Positions 32,576-42,458 are shown, numbered from the stretch's first letter. The stretch: 64,000 bases of DNA from Phenylobacterium sp. (GCF_037189685.1 NZ_JBBCIT010000003.1:106014-170013), one strand, 5' to 3'. Notes: generated by a model not told the origin, from the letters alone. Numbers and translations: made by a program.

Positions 32576-32607
32576 GTTCCGTTTTCGTTCCTTTTCACCT
32601 TTTGTTC
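32576..32607. promoter_or_regulatory. SOS box (GTTC-N7-GTTC) plus a third GTTC, in the dnaE / orphan-gene divergent region
   Basis: gttc cgttttc gttc at 32576-32590, and a further gttc at 32604-32607. The tract is unusually T-rich for this genome. Confidence 0.55.
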
Positions 32608-32636
32608 CATAGGTCAAGCCGCTAGGCTGGCGCCCG

Positions 32637-33890
32637 TTGCTGGAACGTGGGGGCGGGAACTTGAGGGCGACACGACACAGACGGACGGCCGGGCCGTCGC
32701 CGCTGCTCGCCGTCCTGGCGGCTGGCGGTTTCGCGCTGGCCGCCCCCATGCTGGGCGCCTCTGCGCTGGCCACCCCCGCGCCGGACACCTCCCTGACGCC
32801 TGGGGCCGCACCTTCGCCTTGCGTCGGGGCCTGGAGCGGCGAAGGCCGGCCCCTGCGGTTTCGCGACGGGATGGCCGAGGCCGAGCGGCGGGCGCTGAGC
32901 GCGGCCGTCTTCCTGGCCCTGGACGATCCGGCCGGCGCCGCCGACTGGCCGGCCGGCGCGATCGAGGACGCGCCGCCCTGCGAACTGGCGCGCTTCCAGG
33001 CCGACGGCGTGACCTGGACGATCTCGGGCGGTGTCGCCCCTGCCCCGCCGCGCGTCATCCGCGGGCCTGGGACCTCCGACTACTTCTTCGTCGCGGAAGC
33101 GCCCGCGCTGGACGACGCCGGCCGGTGGGCGGCGGCGATGACGCCGCTCGTCCCGCGCACGAAGCCGCCCGTCTATCTCCTCGTCGGCGCGACGGGCGAA
33201 CGGCGCTTCGTCTTCGCGGCCTACGACTCGGCGCCCGGAACCAAGCAACTGGCCGACGACGTGGTGAACGTCGTGGAGGGCGACGCCGCGCCGATCGCGC
33301 TTTTCGACCGTCCCGGCGCGGCGGTCACCGTGGCCGCCACCAGCCGCAGCGGCGTGCAGGCCGACCTCTACCGTCCGGCGCTGCTCGATCGCCGCCGGAC
33401 GGCCACGCTCTACGGGCCGGACGGCCGCTACTTCGTTCCGATGGCCGGCGACGCGATACGGCTCCACGGTTCCGGCCTCGAGTGTCCGGCCCGCCATGGC
33501 GCGTTCGAGCGCGCCCGCCTGATCGTGATGGACACGCGTCCCGACCACCTGGACCTGGCCTGCGTGTTCGAGGCCGGGGAGAGCTACATCACCGTCTTCA
33601 GCCAGCGCCTCGCCGACCCCAGGACCGACCGGGCCTACATCGCCGAACAGATCGCGGGTTCGAAGGCCTCGACCGGCGTTTCAGGCCGCCGGACGACGAC
33701 GGAACGCCTTCGCTCGGCCGACGCCGGCCATCGGTGGGAGGACAGTTCCGGCCAGCAGCAGGCGCTGTGGTTCCACCGCCGGGGCGACGACCTGATCGAG
33801 GCGCGCGCGACCTTCACGCCCGAGGCCGAGGCGGACGTCGTCAGCCTCGTCGAAAGCCTGTTCGGCCAGCCGTGGCGGCGCGGAGACTGA
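32637..33890 (+). CDS. hypothetical exported protein (417 aa), no recognisable domain
   Basis: ORF 32637..33890. The N-terminus has RHRR followed by the hydrophobic LLAVLAAGGFALAAPMLGASALA, which looks like a signal peptide, possibly Tat-type. Good GC3 codon bias. Confidence 0.6.
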   Translation: MLERGGGNLRATRHRRTAGPSPLLAVLAAGGFALAAPMLGASALATPAPDTSLTPGAAPSPCVGAWSGEGRPLRFRDGMAEAERRALSAAVFLALDDPAGAADWPAGAIEDAPPCELARFQADGVTWTISGGVAPAPPRVIRGPGTSDYFFVAEAPALDDAGRWAAAMTPLVPRTKPPVYLLVGATGERRFVFAAYDSAPGTKQLADDVVNVVEGDAAPIALFDRPGAAVTVAATSRSGVQADLYRPALLDRRRTATLYGPDGRYFVPMAGDAIRLHGSGLECPARHGAFERARLIVMDTRPDHLDLACVFEAGESYITVFSQRLADPRTDRAYIAEQIAGSKASTGVSGRRTTTERLRSADAGHRWEDSSGQQQALWFHRRGDDLIEARATFTPEAEADVVSLVESLFGQPWRRGD

Positions 33891-33896
33891 AAGGCG

Positions 33897-35252
33897 TCAC
33901 GGCCGTTCGGCCGGCGGGAACGGCTGGCGCTGGCCGCCCAGCTTGTGGACCACCCCGCGGCGCATCACGAAGGTCGGCCGTTCCAGCTCGGTCACGTCGG
34001 CCAGCGGGTTCCGGGCCACCGCGACGATGTCGGCGTCCTTCCCCGGCTCCAGGGATCCCAGGGTCTCGCGCCGGCCCAGCAGTTCGGCGGCGTCCGCGGT
34101 CGCGGCCTTGATCGCCTGGGCCGGCGTCATGCCCACGCCGACCATCAGGGCGAACTCCTTGGCGTTGTCGCCGTGGCTGGACACGCCGGTGTCGGTGCCG
34201 AACGCGATCTTCACGCCCGAGGCGATCGCGCGCCGATGGTTCTCCATCGCCGCCTTCGCGGCCACCTCGGCCTTGTCCAGGGTGTTGCGCGACCGCGAAC
34301 CGGCCCGCGCCTGGGCCAGGGCCGCCTGGGGCGCCAGCATGGTCGGCACGAACCAGGCGCCGGTCTTGCGGAACAGCGCGTCGGTGCCGGCCGTGCCGAA
34401 GGTGCCGTGCTCGATGGAATCCACGCCCGCCCGCAGCGCCGCCTCGATCCCGTCGGTCCCGTGGGCGTGGGCGGCCACCTTGCGGCCGAACATGTGGGCC
34501 GTCTCGACCACCGCCTTCATCTCGTCGTCGTACATCTGCCGGCCCAGGCCGCCGGCGACGTTCGAGTTCACGCCGCCGGTCGCCATGAACTTGATGACCT
34601 CGGCGCCCTGCGAGATCTGCGAGCGCACCGCCCGGCGGCAGTCTTCCGGCCCGTTGCAGACGGTGGCCTGGCGCACGTGGGCCGCCGCGGTCAGGTCGCG
34701 GTTGAGGTTGTTGGAGCCGTCGCCGTGACCGCCGGTGACCGAGATCGCGCCGCCCGCCGCGACGATGGTCGGCCCCGGCAGCAGGCCCGCGGCGATCCCG
34801 TCGCGCAGGGCGGTGACGCTGCGCACGTCGCTGCCCAGGTCGCGCACGGTCGTGAACCCGGCCTCCAGCGTCCGCCGGGCGTTGTCGGCGCCCAGGATCA
34901 CCACGTCCTCGATGTCGCGGGTCGGCCCCTCGATGCGGCCCCTCAGCTTGTCGTCGTCGCTGAAGATGTGGACGTGCATGTCGATCAGGCCCGGCAGGAC
35001 GAACTGGTCCTTCAGGTCGATCAGCCGCGCGCCCGGTCCGCCGGCCTGCGCCGGGTCGGCATGGCCGTCCTGCACGGCGGCGATCCGGCCGTCCCGGATC
35101 ACCAGGGTCGAGGGCCCCCGCGGCGCCTGGCCCGGCCGGTCCAGCAGGCCGCCGGCGTGGATCACGGTGGTGACGGGCGCGGTCTGGGCCGACGCCTGCG
35201 GCGCGGCGACAAGGCAGAGCGCGGCGGCGGCCGCGGCGACGGACAGGCGCAT
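33897..35252 (-). CDS. periplasmic metal-dependent amidohydrolase family protein
   Basis: Signal peptide MRLSVAAAAAALCLVAAPQASA. LPGLIDMHVHI metal-binding motif and a later HAHG / DSIEHG. Confidence 0.85.
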   Translation of the reverse strand: MRLSVAAAAAALCLVAAPQASAQTAPVTTVIHAGGLLDRPGQAPRGPSTLVIRDGRIAAVQDGHADPAQAGGPGARLIDLKDQFVLPGLIDMHVHIFSDDDKLRGRIEGPTRDIEDVVILGADNARRTLEAGFTTVRDLGSDVRSVTALRDGIAAGLLPGPTIVAAGGAISVTGGHGDGSNNLNRDLTAAAHVRQATVCNGPEDCRRAVRSQISQGAEVIKFMATGGVNSNVAGGLGRQMYDDEMKAVVETAHMFGRKVAAHAHGTDGIEAALRAGVDSIEHGTFGTAGTDALFRKTGAWFVPTMLAPQAALAQARAGSRSRNTLDKAEVAAKAAMENHRRAIASGVKIAFGTDTGVSSHGDNAKEFALMVGVGMTPAQAIKAATADAAELLGRRETLGSLEPGKDADIVAVARNPLADVTELERPTFVMRRGVVHKLGGQRQPFPPAERP

Positions 35253-35345
35253 GACTGGAGTCCCCCGATGACAGGCGCCGCAGCCTATCGGCGCGATCCG
35301 GCCTGTCCAGCCGCACCCGTCCCGCCCGACCGGACCTCCGCCGGC

Positions 35346-36036
<691 letters not shown>

Positions 36037-36044
<8 letters not shown>

Positions 36045-37362
36045 AGCGAAGCGCCTCCACGGGATCGAGGCGCGACGCCCGCCACGCGGGAATGAGGCTC
36101 CACAGGCACGCCATGCCCAGCGAGAAGACCGAGATCCCCGCCACCTCGACGGGATCGACCTTCGCGGGCAGCCGCGACAGGTAGTAGACGTCCGAGGCGA
36201 ACACCTGCGTGCCGGTGGCCCATTCCACGAAGCTCTGGATCGGTCCGATGTAGACCGAGAACAGCACGCCCAGCGTCACGCCCGCGATCGTGCCCAGCGC
36301 GCCGATCGTGGCGCCGGTCATGAAGAAGATGCGCAGCACCGAGCCCTGCCCCGCCCCGATGGTGCGCAGGATGGCGATGTCGCGGGTCTTGTTCTTCACC
36401 AGCATCACCAGCCCCGAGATGATGTTGAGCGCCGCGATCACGATCAGCATCCCCAGGATCAGCCGCATGGCGACCCGCTCCACGGCCAGCGCGCCCCAGA
36501 AGGCGGTGTCGCGCTGGGTCCAGTCGGTGACGATGGCCGCGGGCCCTGCCGCCCGCGCGATGTCGGCGCGCAGCGCCGGGGCCTTGTCGGGATCGACCAC
36601 CTTCACCTCGATGGCGTCGGCGCTGTCCTCGCGGCCGAAGAAGAGCTGGGCCTGCTCCAGGGGCATGTAGATGTAGGCCTGGTCGAACTGGCTCATGCCG
36701 ACGCTGAAGGTCGCGGCCACCGTGTAGGGCTTCTGCAACGGCGTGCCGCCGAACGCCGTGGCGCCGCCCGCCGGCGAGATCAGGGTCAGGGTGTCGCCGG
36801 GCATGACCCCCAGCGACTGGGCGAGGCGCTCGCCCACCACGATCATGTCGCCGCCGTATTCGCCCTGGCCGAACCCGGTCAGCCGGCCCTGGACGATGTT
36901 GCCCGACACCAGCCGGGTCTTCGCCAGGTCCCCGGCGCGGATGCCGCGCACCAGGGCCCCGGTGATCTGGCTGGGGCCGATGGCGATGGCCTGGGCCTCG
37001 ATGACCGGCGCCGCCAGGGTGACGCCCGGAACCTTCGCGATGGCGTCGGCGGCCACGTCGCGACCCGGCCCGTCCAGCACGCCGCCGGTGACGAACACGT
37101 GGCCCTGGAAGCCCAGGATCCGGCCCAGCAGTTCGGCGCGGAACCCGTTCATCACCGACATGGTGGCGATCAGCACGCCCACGGCCAGCATGATGCCGAT
37201 GAACGAGATGACCGAGATCAGCGCCACGCCGCCCTGCTGGCGCTTCGCCCGCAGGTAGCGCCACGCCACCATCCGCTCCCAGAGCCCGAACGGCCGGGCC
37301 CGGCCCGCGAAGCCCTGACCTGCGACGTCCTGGGCGGAGACGTCCTGGGCGGAGACGGTCAA
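36037..37362 (-). CDS. lipoprotein-releasing system permease LolC/E family
   Basis: FtsX/MacB-type permease ([38 protein letters not shown]). No ATG lies upstream of this conserved N-terminus, so TTG 37362 is proposed; it overlaps the proS TGA. Confidence 0.85.
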
Positions 37363-38675
37363 CCCGTGATGGCCTTGATCGCGGCGTCGAGCGACAGCGT
37401 CTGGCGCTCGCCCGTACCGCGTCGCTTCAGCTCGACCACCCCCTCGGCCACGCCCTTGGGCCCGACGATGAGCTGCCAGGGGATGCCCACGAGGTCTGTG
37501 GCGGCGAACTTCGCGCCCGGCCGGTCGTCGCGGTCGTCGTACAGCGGATCGATCCCCGCCTCGGACAGCGCCTTGTAGGCCGCCTCGCACGTGGCGTCGC
37601 AGCCCGCGTCGCCGGCGCGCAGGTTCAGCACCGCGGCGCCGAAGGGCGCCACGCTGTCGGGCCAGATGATGCCGCCGTCGTCGTGGCTGGCCTCGATGAT
37701 GGCGCCCACGAGCCGCGAGACGCCCACGCCGTACGAGCCCATCTGGACGGCCACGTCCTTGCCGTCCGGCCCCGTCACCTTCGCGCCCATCGGCGCCGAG
37801 TACTTCTCGCCGAAGTAGAAGATGTGGCCCACCTCGATGCCGCGGGCCGTCATCCGCTTGTCCTCGGGCAGGGCGCCATAGGCGGCCTCGTCGTGCATCT
37901 CGTCCGAAGCGGCGTAGAGCGTCGTGCGCTTCTCGACCAGCGGCTGGAGATCGCCGTCCCAGTCGATGTCGGGGCCGGGCGCGCCCATCTCCACCAGGTC
38001 GCGGTGGGCGAAGACCTGGCTCTCGCCCGTCTCGGCCAGGATGATGAACTCGTGGGAGAGGTCGCCGCCGATGGGCCCCGTGTCGGCCCGCACCGGGATC
38101 GCCTTCAGGCCCAGGCGCGAATAGATGTTGAGATAGGCCAGGAACATCCGGTTGTAGGCGCGCCGCGCCGCCGCCTCGTCGATGTCGAAGCTGTAGGCGT
38201 CCTTCATCAGGAACTCGCGCCCGCGCATCACCCCGAACCGGGGCCGCCGCTCATCGCGGAACTTCCACTGGATGTTGTAAAGATTCTTCGGCAAATCCTT
38301 GTAGGATTTGACGTAACTCCTGAAGATATCGGTCACGACCTCTTCCGCCGTGGGGCCGTACAGCAGGTCGCGCTCGTGGCGATCCTTGATGCGCAGCATC
38401 TCCTCGCCATAGTCGTCGTAGCGGCCGCTCTCGCGCCACAGGTCGGCGAGTTGCAGCGTGGGCATCAGGATCTCGACGGCGCCGGCGCGGTTCATCTCCT
38501 CGCGCACGATCTGCTCGATCTTCTTCAGCACCTTCAGCCCAAGCGGCAGCCACGCATAGATGCCCGCCGCCTCCTGCCGGATGAGCCCCGCGCGCAGCAT
38601 GAGCTGGTGCGACACGATCTGCGCGTCGGCGGGCGCCTCGCGAAGCGTCGGCATGAAGTATCGCGAAAGGCGCAT
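37359..38675 (-). CDS. proS: proline--tRNA ligase (short form without the editing insertion)
   Basis: 438 aa. [30 protein letters not shown] and class II motifs. Confidence 0.95.
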   Translation of the reverse strand: MRLSRYFMPTLREAPADAQIVSHQLMLRAGLIRQEAAGIYAWLPLGLKVLKKIEQIVREEMNRAGAVEILMPTLQLADLWRESGRYDDYGEEMLRIKDRHERDLLYGPTAEEVVTDIFRSYVKSYKDLPKNLYNIQWKFRDERRPRFGVMRGREFLMKDAYSFDIDEAAARRAYNRMFLAYLNIYSRLGLKAIPVRADTGPIGGDLSHEFIILAETGESQVFAHRDLVEMGAPGPDIDWDGDLQPLVEKRTTLYAASDEMHDEAAYGALPEDKRMTARGIEVGHIFYFGEKYSAPMGAKVTGPDGKDVAVQMGSYGVGVSRLVGAIIEASHDDGGIIWPDSVAPFGAAVLNLRAGDAGCDATCEAAYKALSEAGIDPLYDDRDDRPGAKFAATDLVGIPWQLIVGPKGVAEGVVELKRRGTGERQTLSLDAAIKAITG

Positions 38676-38773
38676 GGGATTCCCGTCCGGTCAGGCGAAG
38701 GCGCCGTGATAGCCTTGCCGCGCGAACCTTGGCAACGATGAGGCGACGACGCGGGTTCCCCGGCCGGCCCGGC

Positions 38774-39034
38774 TCAATGCGTCCGCGGCAGCGGCGGCAG
38801 CTTGATCAGGCCGAGCCACAGCACGACCCACAGGACGGCGAAGATCACCGCGGTGATCCCCGTGGTGACCAGGAACTTCTGCTTCAGCTTCGGATCCACC
38901 GGCGCCCCGGGGTCGCCGCCGTCGCCCTTGTCGATCCCGGCCTCGGCATGCGACTGCACCCCGAACGGCAGCACGGCGAACAGCACCGTCCACCAGATCG
39001 TCAGGAAGACGGCGATCGAGGTGAACGGGCCCAT
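38774..39034 (-). CDS. DUF1467-family small membrane protein (86 aa)
   Basis: From ATG 39034: MGPFTSIAVFLTIWWTVLFAVLPFGV..., with two TM helices. The ATG shares 1 nt with the mce stop. Confidence 0.7.
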   Translation of the reverse strand: MGPFTSIAVFLTIWWTVLFAVLPFGVQSHAEAGIDKGDGGDPGAPVDPKLKQKFLVTTGITAVIFAVLWVVLWLGLIKLPPLPRTH

Positions 39035-39456
39035 CAATGCGCCTCTTTCGGCGTTTCCATCAGCTCGACCAGCACCCCGCCCATGTTCTTCGGATGCACG
39101 AAGATCACCGGCGTCCCGTGGGCGCCGATCCGCGGCTTGCCGCCGTTCAGCACCGTGGCGCCCTTGGCGACCATGTCGTCGCGCGCCGCTTCGATGTCGG
39201 CCACCTCGAAGCAGATGTGATGCTGGCCACCGGCCGGATTCTTCTCCAGGAAGCCCTTCAGGGGCGAGGCGTCGCCGTGCGGCTCGATCAGTTCGATCTG
39301 GCTGTTCGGCAGGTCGACGAAGCACACCCACACGCCCTGTTCGGGCAGGGCGAACTTCTCGCCGATCTTCGTGGCGCCCAGCACGTCGCGATACAGCGCG
39401 ACCGACTGCTCGATGGAGGGCGTCGCGACGCCCACGTGGTTCAGTTTCCCGATCAT
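39034..39456 (-). CDS. mce: methylmalonyl-CoA epimerase (VOC/glyoxalase fold)
   Basis: From ATG 39456: MIGKLNHVGVATPSIEQSVALYRDVLGA...HHICFEV... Confidence 0.85.
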   Translation of the reverse strand: MIGKLNHVGVATPSIEQSVALYRDVLGATKIGEKFALPEQGVWVCFVDLPNSQIELIEPHGDASPLKGFLEKNPAGGQHHICFEVADIEAARDDMVAKGATVLNGGKPRIGAHGTPVIFVHPKNMGGVLVELMETPKEAH

Positions 39457-39523
39457 GCCCCGCCTATACGCCGCCTCGCGCGCCGGGGCGAGATCACCTT
39501 GCGGAACGAGGCGCACCGGCCCT

Positions 39524-41860
39524 TCAGAACACCGCCCCCTGCGCCACCAGTTCGGCGATACGGTCGGCCGGCACGCCATACCCCCCCAGGATCTCCGCGG
39601 AATGCTCGCCCAGGTCCGGCGTGGGCCGCGAGAAGCCCGTCGGCGTCCGCGAGAAGGCCGAGAAGGCCCTGGTGCTGACCACCGGCCCGAGCCGGGGATG
39701 CGTCCAGGCCTCCACGAAGCCGTTCTGCGCCAGGAACGCGTCCTCGAGGGCCTCGGCGCCGCGGATCGCCGGCGCGGCGGCGACGCCCGCCGCCCGGAGC
39801 GCCGTCAGCGCCTCGCCCCGCGGGCGCGCCGCGAGGGCTGTGGCGATCCCGTCGGCCAGCGCGCCGTCGCGAGGCTCGGTCAGGGCCCCGTCGTCCAGGT
39901 CCAGCCCCACAACCTCGCCCAGCGCGCGGGCTTCGGCCCCGGTCTCGGCCACCAGGCCGATCCAGCCGTCGGCGCACGCATAGAAGCGGTGCAACGCCGA
40001 GACCCCGATACAGTCGACGTCGCCGTCCACGTTCGGCGGCCGGCCGTCGTAGGTGGTCACCTCGCCGCTCTGGAACAGCAGGCTCTGGGCCATCAGGCTC
40101 GTCAGCACCTCCTGGCCCTCGCCGGTTCGCTCGCGCGCGTTCAGGGCGGCGATCACGGCCCCTGCGACGGTGGCCGCCGTGGCGATGTCGTTGACGGCGA
40201 TCGTGTAGAGGACCGGGTCGCCCGCGCCCCCCTGTCCCGCCATCATCCCGCCCTCGGCCTGGAGCAGCGGGTCGAACCCCGGCAGCGCCGCCCGCGGCCC
40301 GCTCTCGCCATAGGCGTTGATCGAGCAGGAGATGATCCGGGGGTTGGCGGCCTTCAGCGCCGCGTAGTCGATGCCCAGGCGCCCCCGCACGCCCAGCCGG
40401 TAATTGTCGATCACGACGTCGGCCTGCCGGACCAGATCCAGGAACAGCGCCCGCGCCGAGGGTGTCTTGAGGTCCAGCCCCAACGCCCGGTTGCCGCGGT
40501 TGTAGGCCATGAACTGCGAGCCGTCCGACCGGAAGGGATCGCCCTCCCGCGGCTCGATCTTCGCCACGTCGGCGCCGAGCTGGGTCAGGATGGTGCCCGC
40601 ATAGGCGCCCGCGATCACCGTGCCCAGGTTCAGAACCTTCACGCCGGCCAGCGGCCCGCCGGAGTCCGGAGCGCCTGAGTCCGGAGCGCCTGAGTCCGGA
40701 GCGCCTGAGTCCGGAGCGCCTGGGTCCGGAGCGCCTGGGTCCGGAGCGCCTGGGTCCGGAGCGCCTGGGTCCGGAGCGCCGGACTCAGGCGCCGCCCGCG
40801 GGGACCAGGCTGGCGGTGCGGCGATGGATTTCGCCAGTCCGCGCACCGAGGCGGGGGTCGTCGCGAACTTCACCGAGGGCGCGGGCGTGGCCACCACGCC
40901 CAGCGTCGGATGCGCCAGTTCCAGCCTCAGGCCCGCGTCCCGGACCACCTCGCTGGCGAACCAGGCCTCGCGGCGGCCGATGGGTCCGCACGGCACGTCG
41001 TTGGCCCGCAGCGCCTCCAGCCACTCGTCCCGCGTCCGCGTCAGGAACATGCCTTCCAGGAGGTCGCGCGCCGCCAGCATGTCGGCCTCAAGCGCGTCGA
41101 AGGCGTCCTCCAGGCCCAGCACCTCGAAGGCCTTGCGATAGAAGTTGTTGAACAGCGTCCCGAGGAAGAACCATTCCCCGTCCGCGCATTGATACAGCCG
41201 GTAGCGCGGGTTGCCGCCCGGCGGCACGGGCCGGGGAAGCGGCGGCTCGACGAAGACCTTGGACGGCGGCGCCGCCTCGGCCGCGCCGTGCAGTCCGGTG
41301 ACCACCAGTCCCTGGCCCCGCCCGCTGCGGGTCCGCTCGAACAGCGCCGCCCCGATCGCGCCTGCGCCCAGCACGGCCTGCGCATACCAGGCGATCGGCA
41401 GCGTCAGATGCACGGGCTGGTCGCTCCACGCGCCCTGGCGGAACGCGACGCCCGTCAGGCCGGCCAGCAGCAGGTGGTGCGGCGCCAGGTCGCTCCACTC
41501 GCCCGTGGTCCCGTAGGGCGGCATCCAGGCGTGGACTAGTCCGGGATGGGCCGCCGTCAGCGTCTCGGCGTCCAGTCCCAGCGCCTCCAGGCGTCCCGGC
41601 GCGTGGTCGAACAGCGCGACGTCCGCTCCCGCGATCAGCGTCCGCGCGGCCGCCAGCCCCTGGCCGTCGCCGAGATCCAGGGTCAGAACCTGCTTGTTGC
41701 GGTTCCAGGTCTGATAGCCGGCCGTTCGCTGCGCCCGGTCGCCGCCCGGCGGCTCCACCTTGACGATCTCGGCCTCCAGGTCGCCCAGCAGCATGGCGGC
41801 CATCGGCCCGGCCACCCCTTGCGTGAAGTCGACGATCCGAACGCCCCTGTACGCGGACAT
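39524..41860 (-). CDS. tandem-fused family III (CaiB/BaiF) CoA-transferase, two complete domains
   Basis: 778 aa. The N-terminal domain starts VRIVDFTQGVAGPMAAMLLGDLEAEIVKVEPPGGD. The second domain starts VKVLNLGTVIAGAYAGTILTQLGADVAKIEPREGDP. They are joined by (GAPDP)4(GAPDS)4. Confidence 0.85.
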   Translation of the reverse strand: MSAYRGVRIVDFTQGVAGPMAAMLLGDLEAEIVKVEPPGGDRAQRTAGYQTWNRNKQVLTLDLGDGQGLAAARTLIAGADVALFDHAPGRLEALGLDAETLTAAHPGLVHAWMPPYGTTGEWSDLAPHHLLLAGLTGVAFRQGAWSDQPVHLTLPIAWYAQAVLGAGAIGAALFERTRSGRGQGLVVTGLHGAAEAAPPSKVFVEPPLPRPVPPGGNPRYRLYQCADGEWFFLGTLFNNFYRKAFEVLGLEDAFDALEADMLAARDLLEGMFLTRTRDEWLEALRANDVPCGPIGRREAWFASEVVRDAGLRLELAHPTLGVVATPAPSVKFATTPASVRGLAKSIAAPPAWSPRAAPESGAPDPGAPDPGAPDPGAPDPGAPDSGAPDSGAPDSGAPDSGGPLAGVKVLNLGTVIAGAYAGTILTQLGADVAKIEPREGDPFRSDGSQFMAYNRGNRALGLDLKTPSARALFLDLVRQADVVIDNYRLGVRGRLGIDYAALKAANPRIISCSINAYGESGPRAALPGFDPLLQAEGGMMAGQGGAGDPVLYTIAVNDIATAATVAGAVIAALNARERTGEGQEVLTSLMAQSLLFQSGEVTTYDGRPPNVDGDVDCIGVSALHRFYACADGWIGLVAETGAEARALGEVVGLDLDDGALTEPRDGALADGIATALAARPRGEALTALRAAGVAAAPAIRGAEALEDAFLAQNGFVEAWTHPRLGPVVSTRAFSAFSRTPTGFSRPTPDLGEHSAEILGGYGVPADRIAELVAQGAVF
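40661..40793. repeat. 15-bp in-frame minisatellite (7 full copies plus partial ends)
   Basis: ggagcgcctgagtcc x3 (40668-40712), then ggagcgcctgggtcc x4 (40713-40772). The array is capped by ggactcaggcgc, an inverted copy of the unit core. Confidence 0.9.
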
Positions 41861-42089
41861 GCGCAGCCGGCCTCCCCTGCCCTTACCCTATCGCGCGGCT
41901 GCCCGCGTCTCGCTAAGGCCATCAAACCCGCCCTTCGAACGCGCGGCAAGCGGCATGGGCGAGATTCGACGGGCTCGGGCTGGCGTCGGCGCGAACCGAA
42001 AACAACTCCGCTCATCCCGGCGAATGCCGGGACCCAGATCGTATGGCTCAGTTCGTCGGCAGTCACATCTCGACAAGTACGGCATCATG

Positions 42090-42104
42090 GAACATTGTAA
42101 GAAC
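42090..42104. promoter_or_regulatory. SOS-box consensus GAAC-N7-GAAC at the 5' end of the GIY-YIG gene
   Basis: gaac attgtaa gaac at 42090-42104. It runs into the 10-bp palindrome gaacatgttc (42101-42110), which is centred on ATG 42105. Confidence 0.45.
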
Positions 42105-42458
42105 ATGTTCCATGTCTACATCCTTGCGAGCCACCGCAATGGAACGACCTACGTCGGTCACACGAACGATCTGGCGCGGCGTATCTGGGAGCACCGCGAG
42201 GGAATCTACGGCGGCTTCACCATGAAGTATGGGGTCAAACGGCTCGTATGGTTCGAAGAGCATGGATCGCGCGAAGAGGCGTTCCGCCGAGAGCGGCGAA
42301 TCAAAGAGTGGCGCCGATCATGGAAGCTGCTGCTGATCGAAGAGCGAAACCCGACTTGGCGGGACCTGTTCGAGGAGGTCTGTGGGGCGGACGTGGATGT
42401 GGAAGCCTGGCTGGCCGAGTTGGATCGCAGAGACGCAGCGCCTATGGCGGGCGTCTGA
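42105..42458 (+). CDS. small GIY-YIG nuclease family protein (URI / UPF0213-type)
   Basis: MFHVYILASHRNGTTYVGHTNDLARRIWEHREG...RERRIKEW matches the GIY-YIG core (YIL..G..YVG, R..EH, E). The alternative ATG 42087 would add MEHCKN. Confidence 0.85.
   Translation: MFHVYILASHRNGTTYVGHTNDLARRIWEHREGIYGGFTMKYGVKRLVWFEEHGSREEAFRRERRIKEWRRSWKLLLIEERNPTWRDLFEEVCGADVDVEAWLAELDRRDAAPMAGV

Noticed and set aside
40661-40793. Regularly spaced 15-bp repeats considered as a possible CRISPR array.
   Set aside because: The units are directly abutting with no spacers. They are only 15 bp long, in frame, and inside a coding sequence, where they encode a pentapeptide linker. This is a minisatellite, not CRISPR.
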